Assembly: GCF_042231735.1 (NCBI RefSeq)
Contig: NZ_CP102577.1
Coordinates: 3,103,281 to 3,167,280, forward strand
Reading direction: 5' to 3'
Source: Corallococcus exercitus
Lineage (GTDB): Bacteria; Myxococcota; Myxococcia; Myxococcales; Myxococcaceae
DNA: 64,000 nt
In this document: positions 8,243 to 16,753 of the stretch, piece after piece
How the letters are laid out: every line of letters starts with the position of its first letter
How positions within the stretch are numbered: the first letter of the stretch is position 1
Made by a program: the position numbers and the translations under genes
The notes under the pieces: generated by a model
Database searches by the model: none
What the model was told of the DNA's origin: nothing
Seen by the model: only the letters and a program-made list of their open reading frames with translations

Positions 8243-8770
8243 GTGCCTGAATTCTACGTTGAGGGGCCGTTCATTGTGCCGTGCATTGCAAAGGGGCATG
8301 GGAAAGTCGTCGACACGAAACGCTTGAAGGAGTTCTGGGAAGACCTCGGCGAGGGCAGGTCGTCCAGTTACGGCTGTTACGTTTTCGGGATGCAAGTCGG
8401 ACGAGGCCTCGTGCCAATCTATGTCGGCAAGGCCACCAAGAGTTTCAAGCAAGAGTGCTTCACGCTCGACAAGTTGTTCAAGACCAACGCATCGCTGCTT
8501 CACTGGAAGCGAGGCACCCCTGTTCTCTTTCTTGTGCCTTTGGAACGCAAGAGAGGCCGGGTTAACGCAGCCTTGATCGCTACTGCCGAGGAATTCCTCA
8601 TTCAGAACGCCGTCGTCCGTAATCCTAACCTTGCGAATGTTCGTGGCACCGAGCAGGAATCATGGGGAATTGCCGGTGTTCTTCGTGGTGGAAAAGGAAA
8701 GCCATCCGCAAGCGCGCGGGACTTCAAACGGATGATGGGGCTGAGACAGCGTTCCTCCCAGCCAGGATGA
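8243..8770 (+). CDS. Small GIY-YIG-like nuclease-domain protein (175 aa), second gene of AT-rich island
   Basis: It has a GTG start with a GGAGGAG RBS at 8228-8234. SYGCYVFGMQVGRGLVPIYVGKATKSF parallels the UvrC/I-TevI GIY-(x10-13)-YIG motif (cf. UvrC [21 protein letters not shown]). Downstream, ATAEEFLIQNAVVRNPNLAN fits the conserved Glu ... Asn of the fold. The canonical Arg after YIG is not obvious. Confidence 0.5.
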   Translation: MPEFYVEGPFIVPCIAKGHGKVVDTKRLKEFWEDLGEGRSSSYGCYVFGMQVGRGLVPIYVGKATKSFKQECFTLDKLFKTNASLLHWKRGTPVLFLVPLERKRGRVNAALIATAEEFLIQNAVVRNPNLANVRGTEQESWGIAGVLRGGKGKPSASARDFKRMMGLRQRSSQPG

Positions 8771-9096
8771 CTCCAGGATTGCAAAGTGACGACGTCGGTG
8801 GGGCTAGTGGGGTCCTCGATGCTGTTTCTCGCCTGCTGATCTGATGCGACGCGGGACACACCGCCGGAGCCGCAGGCCACGAAGGCAGACAGCCCCGTGC
8901 ACATCCTGGCGCCGCATAACAACTGTGACGAAACGTGGATGCTGGTTGTTGCCGCGTCTACAGCGACCGCGTGCCCTGCAACAATGGCATTGAGATGTAT
9001 GCCATCTGGACGCCGGGCGGCTGGTGCAGCCCGCGCGACGTCGCCAAAAGCAGCGAGGGCCCTGAGCTGGTCTGCCCGCAGTGACGCATCACGGAC

Positions 9097-9124
9097 CTCC
9101 CTGCCCTCAGCACGGGCAGGGAGG
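9097..9124 (-). terminator. GC-rich hairpin (11-bp stem CCTCCCTGCCC/GGGCAGGGAGG, 6-nt loop) 14 nt downstream of the folD stop
   Basis: The inverted repeat was read directly. No U-tract follows on the minus strand, so intrinsic-terminator function is uncertain. Confidence 0.35.
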
Positions 9125-9137
9125 CCCAACAATCACA

Positions 9138-9989
9138 TCACATCACGCCGCGCTGTGCCGCCTCCAGCGTGTTCTTCATCAGCATCGCAATGGTCATCGG
9201 CCCCACGCCGCCAGGGACCGGCGTGATGAATGACGCGCGCTCCGCCGCCGCGGCGAACTCCACGTCTCCCACCAGCTTGCCATCCGCCTTGCGGTTCATG
9301 CCCACGTCAATCACCACCGCGCCGGGCTTGATCCACGCGCCCTTCACCAGCTCCGGCACGCCCACCGCCACCACCAGGATGTCCGCCTGGGCCACCTCCG
9401 CCGGCAGGTCGCTCTTGCGGTGGCACACCGTCACCGTCGCGTCCTTCTGCAGCAGCATCAGCGCCTGGGGCTTGCCCACGATGTTGCTTCGCCCCACCAC
9501 CACCGCGCGCTTGCCCGCCGGATTGCACCCGACCTCTTCCAAGAGCCGCATCACGCCGTAGGGCGTGCACGCCCGCGTCGCCGGCCGGCCCAGCAGCAGG
9601 TTTCCCGCGTTCATCGGGTGGAAGCCGTCCGCGTCCTTCTCCGGCTTCACCGCGGAGATGATGGCGTCCGCGTCCAGGTGCTTGGGCAACGGCAGCTGCA
9701 CCAGGATGCCGTGCACCGCCGGGTCCTCGTTCAGCCGGTGCACCAGCGCCAGGAGCTCCTCCTGGGTGATGTTCTCATCCGGGTGGTGCTCCCAGGAGTT
9801 GAAGCCCACCTCCTCGGCGGCCTTCTTCTTCCCCGTCACGTAAATCTTGGAAGCCGGGTCCTCACCCACGCGCACCACGGCGAGTCCCGGGGTGATGCCG
9901 CGCTCCGCCTTCAGGCGCGCCACCTCCTCCTTGATCTCCGCCCGCACGCGCGCCGCCACTGCCTTGCCGTCGATCAACTGAGCCGTCAT
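9138..9989 (-). CDS. folD: Bifunctional 5,10-methylene-THF dehydrogenase / methenyl-THF cyclohydrolase
   Basis: [27 protein letters not shown]...[21 protein letters not shown]...[23 protein letters not shown] is canonical FolD over 284 aa. The ORF-track N-terminal extension to 10418 lacks homology. Confidence 0.92.
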   Translation of the reverse strand: MTAQLIDGKAVAARVRAEIKEEVARLKAERGITPGLAVVRVGEDPASKIYVTGKKKAAEEVGFNSWEHHPDENITQEELLALVHRLNEDPAVHGILVQLPLPKHLDADAIISAVKPEKDADGFHPMNAGNLLLGRPATRACTPYGVMRLLEEVGCNPAGKRAVVVGRSNIVGKPQALMLLQKDATVTVCHRKSDLPAEVAQADILVVAVGVPELVKGAWIKPGAVVIDVGMNRKADGKLVGDVEFAAAAERASFITPVPGGVGPMTIAMLMKNTLEAAQRGVM

Positions 9990-10040
9990 GAGACCCACCT
10001 TATGCAAGACTGGCCCTGCACAAGGGAGCGAAGCGAAGGC

Positions 10041-10877
10041 ATGGGCGCGGGAAAAGTTCTCGGGGCGATGTTGGGTCTCATGGCCGGCCTCCTCATCGGC
10101 GGGCCCTGGGCCATCGTGCTCGGTCTCATCGTGGGCACGGGCCTGGGCCACTACTTCGACGAACAGCACGCCGCGCCCCCGGACTTCCCTGAAATCTTCA
10201 GCGACTTCCCCGCCTCCTTCGAACCCCCGCCCCCGTCCTCCGCCCTCACCCAGTCCCCGGGCGAGTTCCCCATCGTCGAGGACCCGGACGAGGACCCGCT
10301 CGACCGCGACATCACCGCCCTCTTCGTGGACGTGGCCCGCGCCGACGGCGACATGCGCCGCGAGGAGGTCCGCGAGGTCCGCCGCTACTTCGAGCAGGTC
10401 CTCCACGCCGACTCCCACACCGTCCAGGCCGTGCGCCGCTACCTCAAGGACTTCCTCGCCCGCCCCGCCACCCTGGACGCCCCCGCCGCGCTCGCCTCCT
10501 GCCTGGACTCCCTGCCTTCAGGCGAGCGGCTCCGCCTGCTGGACGCGCTCTATGAGATGGCGCTCGCGGACGGCCCCCTCCAGCGCTCCGAACGCGAGGC
10601 CCTGAAGCGCATGGCCGAGGGCCTGGACGTCCCGGACGCCAAGGCCCAGGCCCTCGCCGAACAGCACCTGGGCGACGCCTCCGCCCACTACGAGACGTTG
10701 GGCCTCCCGCCGGACGCCACCGACGCGGAGGTGAAGAGCGCCTACCGGAAGCTCGCCGCCCAGCACCACCCGGACAAGGCCAGCCACCTGGGCCCTCGGG
10801 CCGCCGAGCGGGCCGCCCGTCAGTTCCAGGCCGTCCGCGACGCCTACGAGGAAATCCGCCGGCTGCGCGGCCTGTAG
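10041..10877 (+). CDS. djlA: DjlA-like co-chaperone: N-terminal TM helix, TerB-like domain, C-terminal J-domain
   Basis: The N-terminal hydrophobic segment is [25 protein letters not shown]. It has a TerB-like region ([25 protein letters not shown]...[26 protein letters not shown]). The C-terminal J-domain is [30 protein letters not shown]. Confidence 0.8.
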   Translation: MGAGKVLGAMLGLMAGLLIGGPWAIVLGLIVGTGLGHYFDEQHAAPPDFPEIFSDFPASFEPPPPSSALTQSPGEFPIVEDPDEDPLDRDITALFVDVARADGDMRREEVREVRRYFEQVLHADSHTVQAVRRYLKDFLARPATLDAPAALASCLDSLPSGERLRLLDALYEMALADGPLQRSEREALKRMAEGLDVPDAKAQALAEQHLGDASAHYETLGLPPDATDAEVKSAYRKLAAQHHPDKASHLGPRAAERAARQFQAVRDAYEEIRRLRGL

Positions 10878-10901
10878 CCCGGGTTAGAAGACAGGAATCC
10901 C

Positions 10902-11606
10902 ATGAGCCAGCGTCCCCCGAAGAAGAAGGAAGCGGAGTTCCAGAACAACCCGTTCAAGTCCGCCATCAAGACGCTCCAGGACCAGCAGAAGCAGGAGAAG
11001 GAGGCCGCCGCCGCCGCGGAGGTCGCCAAGAAGAAGGCCGCCGTGCAGAAGCCGGCCAAGGCCCCCAAGGCCCGCCCGGAAGACGACGACGTGGGCCTCT
11101 TCTTCTCCGCCATGGACGGCGTGCAGCAGATCACCAATCGCGGGGAAGCCCCCAAGACGAACCCGCGCCTGCCGGAACTCATCGACGACAACGCGGAGGC
11201 GCTCGCGCAGCTCTCCGACCTGGTCGCGGTGGACGGGCCCCTGTCCTTCACCGGCTCGAACGAGTCCTTCGAGGGCGCCTCCCCCGGCACCGACCCCAAC
11301 CTGCTGCGTTCGCTGCGCCGGGGCGACTTCTCCGTGCAGGACCGGCTGGACCTTCACGGCAAGACGCAGAAGGAGGCCCAGGCCGCCGTGGAGCGCTTCC
11401 TGTCCGACAGCCGCCGGGCCAGGCGCCGCTGCGTGCTCATCGTCCACGGACGCGGTTTGAATTCCAAGGACCAGATTCCGGTGCTCAAGGACGCGGTGCG
11501 CGACCTCTTGTCGCAGAAGCGGCTGGAGCGGATGGTGCTGGCGTTCTCCACCGCACGCCCGCAGGACGGTGGAGCCGGCGCGGTCTACGTCCTGCTGCGC
11601 CGATAG
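10902..11606 (+). CDS. Smr-domain protein with Lys/Ala-rich N-terminal region
   Basis: The C-terminal LDLHGKTQKEAQAAVERFL...CVLIVHGRGLNS...AVRDLL is an Smr (MutS2-C-like) domain. Confidence 0.8.
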   Translation: MSQRPPKKKEAEFQNNPFKSAIKTLQDQQKQEKEAAAAAEVAKKKAAVQKPAKAPKARPEDDDVGLFFSAMDGVQQITNRGEAPKTNPRLPELIDDNAEALAQLSDLVAVDGPLSFTGSNESFEGASPGTDPNLLRSLRRGDFSVQDRLDLHGKTQKEAQAAVERFLSDSRRARRRCVLIVHGRGLNSKDQIPVLKDAVRDLLSQKRLERMVLAFSTARPQDGGAGAVYVLLRR

Positions 11607-11642
11607 CTTTACGCGTGGCCGTGGCTGTGCATACATGCCGCC

Positions 11643-12635
11643 ATGGTTCGCGACCTCATTGACCTCCACATCCACGTGGGTGGCGCGGTGGCCCCGCACA
11701 TCCTGTGGTCCATTGCCCACCAGCAGGGCTTCAAGCTCCCCGTCAAGAACTACTTCGACTTCGTCGAGCTCATCACCTCCCGTCCGGGCAAGGTGGGCAG
11801 CCTCGACGACTACCTGAAGATCCTCCACACCTGGACGGAGAAGATCCAATCCTCTCCCAGCGCCATCGAGCGCTCCGTCTACGAGGTGATTGGCAAGGAG
11901 TACCGGGGCAGCCGCGTCACGCAGATTGAACTGCGCTTCAACCCCATGAAGCGCAACCTCTCCAGCGAGCTGGACCTGGACCACATCATCCACGCGGCGC
12001 TGCGGGGCATGGACCGCGCGACGCTGGAGTACGGCGTGAAGGTGGGCCTCATCTTCTGCCTGGCCCGCGAGTTCGACCACAAGCTCAACAGCATCATCGT
12101 GGAGAAGGCCATTAAGTACCGCTCGCGCGGCGTGTACGGCATCGACCTGGCCGGCACGGAGCGCGACGCGATGGAGCACAAGGCCTCGCTGTCGGAGTAC
12201 GAGGACCTCTACGCCCGCGCGCGCAAGGCTGGCCTCAAGTGCACCGTGCACACCGGGGAGACGGCCGGCACGGGCGCCAACGGCCTGATGGCGGCGGTGG
12301 AGAAGCTCAAGCCCCACCGCATCGGTCACGGCATCCGCGCCGCGTATGACGAATCCGCGATGAAGATCCTGCGCGAGAACAACATCACGCTGGAGCTGTG
12401 CCCGACCTCCAACATCCACACCAAGGCGGTGGCGGACCTGCAGGAGCTCAAGCACATCATGCAGACGTTCTGGGACCGCAAGGTGAAGTTCACCATCAAC
12501 ACGGACGGCCCCTACCTGCTGGAGACGGACATGCGGCGGGAGATTGAAATCGTCGAGTCCAACGGCCTGCTCAGCACGGAGCAGGTGGACCAGGCGCTCG
12601 CGTGGGCGCGCGAGGCGTCCTTCATCCCGGCCTGA
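11643..12635 (+). CDS. add: Adenosine/adenine deaminase family metal-dependent hydrolase
   Basis: It has the HIHVGGA N-terminal His motif, ...HTGE..., CPTSN and a trailing D (INTDGP), characteristic of the adenosine deaminase fold. Confidence 0.85.
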   Translation: MVRDLIDLHIHVGGAVAPHILWSIAHQQGFKLPVKNYFDFVELITSRPGKVGSLDDYLKILHTWTEKIQSSPSAIERSVYEVIGKEYRGSRVTQIELRFNPMKRNLSSELDLDHIIHAALRGMDRATLEYGVKVGLIFCLAREFDHKLNSIIVEKAIKYRSRGVYGIDLAGTERDAMEHKASLSEYEDLYARARKAGLKCTVHTGETAGTGANGLMAAVEKLKPHRIGHGIRAAYDESAMKILRENNITLELCPTSNIHTKAVADLQELKHIMQTFWDRKVKFTINTDGPYLLETDMRREIEIVESNGLLSTEQVDQALAWAREASFIPA

Positions 12636-12640
12636 CACGC

Positions 12641-13738
12641 ATGTACGGCCTGACTCGCGCACTGCTCTTCACCCTGCCCCCGGAGCCCGCGCACCGGCTG
12701 GGCATGTCCGGGCTCGCGGCCCTGGGGAAGTGGCCCGCCCGCTGCCGCGCCATGCGCGAGCACACGCTGCGCCGCGCCCCCATGGACCTGTCCGTGGAGC
12801 TGGCGGGGCTGAAGTTCGCCCACCCGGTGGCGCTCGCCGCCGGGCTGGACAAGGACGCGGAGGCCGTGGACGGGCTGTTCGCCTGCGGATTCTCCGCGGT
12901 GGAGATTGGCACCGTCACGCCGAAGCCCCAGCCGGGCAACCCGAAGCCGCGCCTGTTCCGGCTGCCGGAGCACCGCGCGGTCATCAACCGCATGGGCTTC
13001 AACAACCACGGCGCGGCCACCGCGGCGGAGCGCCTCAAGGGCCGCGCGTGGAAGCCCGGCCCGCTGGGCGTGAACATCGGCAAGAACAAGGACACGCCGC
13101 TGGAGCGCGCGGTGGATGACTACGTGGCGTGCGTGGACGCGCTCGCGGCTCTCGGCGATTACGTCGTCGTCAACGCGTCCTCGCCCAACACGCCGGGCCT
13201 GCGGAAGCTCCAGGAGCCGGAGCAGCTCTCCGCGCTGCTGCTCGCGGTGCGCGAGCGGATGGAGGCCGTGGCCCCGGGCACGCCGCTGTTCCTGAAGATT
13301 GCCCCGGACCTCACGCCCGAGGCCGTGGATGAGGTGGTCGACGTGGCGATGGAGCGCGGGCTGTCCGGGCTCATCGCCACCAACACCACCCTCACCCGCC
13401 CCTTCGAGCACGTGCACGCGAAGGAGGCCGGCGGCCTGTCCGGCGCCCCCGTGCGGGAGCTGGCCAACGCCGTCATCCGCCGTGCCTGGCAGCGCAGCCG
13501 GGGCACCCTGCCCCTCATCGGCGTGGGCGGAGTGTTCACCGCCCAGGACGTCTACGAGAAGCTGCGCGCGGGCGCCACCGTGGTGCAGGTCTACACGGGC
13601 TTCATCTACGAGGGCCCGGGCATGGTGGACCGCATCCTCCCGGAGCTGGGCGCGCTGCTGGCCCGGGACGGCTTCGCGTCCGTGCGCGACGTGATTGGCG
13701 TGGATGCGCATACGGGCACGCCCGCCGTTCCCGTGTAG
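12641..13738 (+). CDS. pyrD: Dihydroorotate dehydrogenase (quinone), class 2
   Basis: MYGLTRALLFTLPPEPAHRL...GLKFAHPVALAAGLDKDAEAV...VEIGTVTPKPQPGNPKPRLFRL...NRMGFNN...GVNIGKNK...VVNASSPNTPGLR...GVGGV match PyrD class 2. The start overlaps the upstream stop. Confidence 0.92.
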   Translation: MYGLTRALLFTLPPEPAHRLGMSGLAALGKWPARCRAMREHTLRRAPMDLSVELAGLKFAHPVALAAGLDKDAEAVDGLFACGFSAVEIGTVTPKPQPGNPKPRLFRLPEHRAVINRMGFNNHGAATAAERLKGRAWKPGPLGVNIGKNKDTPLERAVDDYVACVDALAALGDYVVVNASSPNTPGLRKLQEPEQLSALLLAVRERMEAVAPGTPLFLKIAPDLTPEAVDEVVDVAMERGLSGLIATNTTLTRPFEHVHAKEAGGLSGAPVRELANAVIRRAWQRSRGTLPLIGVGGVFTAQDVYEKLRAGATVVQVYTGFIYEGPGMVDRILPELGALLARDGFASVRDVIGVDAHTGTPAVPV

Positions 13739-13844
13739 CGCCCCGCTTCCGTCATCTTTCGAGCAACGACCCTGTCCCGCAGGGCAGCTTCTCGCGTGTC
13801 CACCCCGCAGCACCTTCCTCGCATCTGGGGGCAGGGAGGCGGAC

Positions 13845-15458
13845 ATGCGGACGAGGTCGTGGTGGTGGGCGGTGGCGGCTGCGGGGAGCTTGATGGGGTG
13901 TGGTGCCGGACCGGAGGCCTGGGACTCCGGGAAGCCGCCGGAGGTCGCGGAGGTCCAGGCGCGGATGGAAGCCGCGTGGGGCACTCGGGAGGTGAAGCAG
14001 GTGCTCCCCGATGGCCGGACTCCGGGGACGCAGCTGGACAAGGAGCCCCGTCCCGACCTGCTGACGGACGTGGCGGGCACGCTCTACTTCGTGGTGCAGG
14101 AGGAGGACCAGCGCATCGCGCTGTGGAAGAGCGACGGGACGCCCACGGGCACCGTCGTGGTCAAGGCGTTCAAGCCGACGAACGCGCTCCTGGGGGGCCT
14201 GCGGATCACCGGCATGACGCCGCTGGGGTCGCGGCTGTTCTTCCACCTGTACGAGCCGGAGCTGGGCTGGGAGCTCTGGGTGAGCGATGGCACCCCCGAG
14301 GGCACCCGGCCCGTCGCGGACCTGGCGGCCGGGCCCGCGGACTCGAATCTGTTCAACTTCACGGTGCTCAACGGCGCGCTCTCCTTCTTCCGGCACGCGC
14401 CCTACGGCCAGGGTTTCACGCAGCTGTGGCGCTCGGATGGCACCGCGGCCGGCACGGTCATGCTGAAGGACTTTGGCCGCTTCACCGGCGCCTTCGGCGA
14501 GGTGCTCCCCTCCTCCGGCCTCCGCGTGTTCTTCACCGAGGACTTCGAGGAGACCGTGCGGTTGTGGCGCACGGACGGCACGGCGGCCGGGACGGTCCAG
14601 CTGAAGGACTTCGGCATCCCGGGGCTGTACACGGGCACGGTCATGTGGACCCGGCAGGTGGGGGACTCGATGCTGTTCGTCCTCCGTGACGCGGTGGGCG
14701 GCACGCGCCTGTGGCGGACCGACGGCACCGTCGCGGGCACCCGGATGTTGAAGCGGCTGGATGCGTCCGTGGACGTGACCATGGGCGTTCCCCAGGTCGT
14801 GGACGGCACGGTGGTGTTCACCCTCACCGACGCCGGCCCCAGCCTGGAGGTCTGGAAGACGGACGGCACGGAGGCGGGCACGCAGCGGCTGGACGCGTTC
14901 GGCCGGGATGGCCGGCTGCTCGGCGTCGTGGGGTCCTACGCCACGGTGCTCACGCTCACCGACGACAACCGCTACCTGAAGCTGTGGCGGCTGCCATTGG
15001 CCGGGGGGCCCAAGGAGGGCGTCACCGTCCTCTCCAATCCCTACGCGGATGATCCGAAGGCCGTGCCGGGCCTGCGCAACGCGGTGACGGTGGGCAACCG
15101 CATCTACTTCGCCCAGACGCTGGGCGCCCGCGTCCAGACGCCTCGGGACGTGGAGCTGTGGGTGACGGATGGCACGGCGGGCGGCACGCGGCGGCTGTCC
15201 TCCGGCCTCACCCAGCCGGATGTATTCCATTCGCCCCTCATCGCGCTGGACTCCGGCGGCCTGCTGTTCTCCGCGAAGGGCAATGTCTGGGTCACGGACG
15301 GGACGGTCCAGGGCACCCGCGCGGTGGACTCCCTGACCGCGAACAAGACGCCGGCGGAGGCGGCTGCCTTCACGCGCGTGGGCGAGCAGATCTTCTTCCG
15401 CGCCCTGCCCGGCGCGCCCGGCTTCTCGCTGTGGGCCATTCCCACCACGAGCCCTTGA
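13845..15458 (+). CDS. ELWxxDGT-repeat beta-propeller lipoprotein
   Basis: It has a lipoprotein signal (MRTRSWWWAVAAAGSLMGC) with a GGGAGG RBS. There are eight repeats of (A/E/Q/R)LW(K/R/V)(S/T)DGTxxGT, the myxobacterial ELWxxDGT repeat family. Confidence 0.8.
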   Translation: MRTRSWWWAVAAAGSLMGCGAGPEAWDSGKPPEVAEVQARMEAAWGTREVKQVLPDGRTPGTQLDKEPRPDLLTDVAGTLYFVVQEEDQRIALWKSDGTPTGTVVVKAFKPTNALLGGLRITGMTPLGSRLFFHLYEPELGWELWVSDGTPEGTRPVADLAAGPADSNLFNFTVLNGALSFFRHAPYGQGFTQLWRSDGTAAGTVMLKDFGRFTGAFGEVLPSSGLRVFFTEDFEETVRLWRTDGTAAGTVQLKDFGIPGLYTGTVMWTRQVGDSMLFVLRDAVGGTRLWRTDGTVAGTRMLKRLDASVDVTMGVPQVVDGTVVFTLTDAGPSLEVWKTDGTEAGTQRLDAFGRDGRLLGVVGSYATVLTLTDDNRYLKLWRLPLAGGPKEGVTVLSNPYADDPKAVPGLRNAVTVGNRIYFAQTLGARVQTPRDVELWVTDGTAGGTRRLSSGLTQPDVFHSPLIALDSGGLLFSAKGNVWVTDGTVQGTRAVDSLTANKTPAEAAAFTRVGEQIFFRALPGAPGFSLWAIPTTSP

Positions 15459-15577
15459 GCCGGTAGCACCGCGCGCCTTGCCCGCCGGGGCCTGGACCGA
15501 GTCTTCCTGGTGACACAGGAAACCCGGGACAGGCCCCGAGCGATGATGAAGGAACGTCTCCGCCTTCGAGGTGCGCC

Positions 15578-16012
15578 GTGAAGATCTCCCGTCCGCCGTC
15601 GTCCCCGCCCACGTCGCCGACCACCCAGAAGCGGCCTTCGGTGCCGGAGCCGGTTCCCCCGAAGCCGCCCTCGGAGGCATCCCCTTCCGACATCTTCGAC
15701 AAGCCCGTCATCAAGATGGGGCCAGGCGGCCAACGTCGCGATGCGTCGGGCAGCAGCATCAAGGTCGGCTCGGGAAGCTCCCGAGGCAGCCACGGCCTCG
15801 AGGAACGGGACAAGCTCAAGGAGCAAAAGGCCCCCGGAAGCTTCCATCCGCGGAAGGTTCCCAACCTGCCCGGGCCCGTACCGCCGAGGCACTCCGAAGG
15901 CTGCGGCGGCGAGGACACAAACGCCTCCGGCAGCAGCGTCCGCGCGGGCGGCCGGGGCAGCTCCAGCGGGACGCAGGGCGACCACCCCGGCACGCCCCCT
16001 CGGACGCACTGA
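15578..16012 (+). CDS. Small low-complexity Pro/Ser/Gly-rich protein (copy 1 of tandem paralog pair)
   Basis: It starts at a GTG (VKISRPPSSPPTSPTT...). The third-codon-position GC is strongly coding-like. A 12-codon uORF (ATGATGAAGGAACGTCTCCGCCTTCGAGGTGCGCCGTGA) ends overlapping the GTG start. It is paralogous to the next ORF, 5' leader included. There is no signal peptide. Confidence 0.45.
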   Translation: MKISRPPSSPPTSPTTQKRPSVPEPVPPKPPSEASPSDIFDKPVIKMGPGGQRRDASGSSIKVGSGSSRGSHGLEERDKLKEQKAPGSFHPRKVPNLPGPVPPRHSEGCGGEDTNASGSSVRAGGRGSSSGTQGDHPGTPPRTH

Positions 16013-16158
16013 CCTTCCGCGAAACCGGGCGCTTGCCTGACTTTGGACGCTAACGCGCCGCATCCCAGACGCCACTTCGGCTTTCCGGGACTCCCCGGAA
16101 ACTTGGAGTGGGCTGGGGCCGATGATGGTTTCAGGAACTCGCCGTCCGAGGTGCTTCG

Positions 16159-16700
16159 TGAAGCTCCACCGCCCGCTGTCGAGCCCCCCGCAGCCCGAGC
16201 AGCCCACCCGGTCTCCGAGGATCCACTGCGCCTCCGGACAGAGCATCCTCGGCGGAGGCCGGGGCAGCAGCACCAAGGCCCAGGGCTACAGGGATCCGCC
16301 GGACCTCCAGGGCCGGCCGGGCGACTCGCTCGATGACCGCTTCCAGCGCGGCCCGGCCGGGCGCGGCGGTGAAGCACGGCCCTGTGCCTCCGGCTCCAGC
16401 GTGAGGGGCGGGGGCGGCGGACACTCCGGCAACGTCTCGTGCAGCTTCGTGCCCCCGGGCGGTGCGGCGTCTGGCGAGAGCAAGACGAAGCCGTCCCCCT
16501 TCGAGAAGCTGGCCGAGAAGCTCCGCGACCTGTTCAAGCAGCTTTTCGGTGACGGACCGGTGGCCCACTCGCCGGGCCGCGTGGCGACGGGCGACAGCAG
16601 CAGGACGACGGGCTCCGGGCACTCCGGCAGCTCCCAGGGCCGCATCGGGGTGGACGAGGAGCCCCAGGACGGCGCCGCCACGGCCCGGTCCCTGCGCTGA
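16159..16700 (+). CDS. Small low-complexity Pro/Ser/Gly-rich protein (copy 2), with extra C-terminal region
   Basis: Its VKLHRPLSSPPQPEQPTRSP... parallels copy 1 (PPSSPP, GSSxK, ASGSSVRxGGxG). In this copy the upstream ATGATG (16122) is in frame, so the product may start at 16122. The C-terminal ...PFEKLAEKLRDLFKQLFGDG... is the only non-low-complexity segment. Confidence 0.45.
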
Positions 16701-16753
16701 CCGGCGGACCGCTTCTGCGTTCCGGGCGTGAGTGACGGTAGGCTTGCCCCGGA

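Noticed and set aside
8602-9132. ORF 8602..9132(-) and 8897..9226(+) in the right flank of the island
   Set aside because: No coding-like GC3 periodicity, no RBS and no homology. The region more likely holds island-boundary DNA and the folD terminator hairpin.
16122-16158. Start copy-2 small protein at the upstream ATGATG (16122) rather than GTG 16159
   Set aside because: Not rejected outright. The frame is open from 16122 in copy 2 but the equivalent ATG in copy 1 is out of frame (uORF). The conserved GTGAAG start context argues the shared start is the GTG. Left as alternative.
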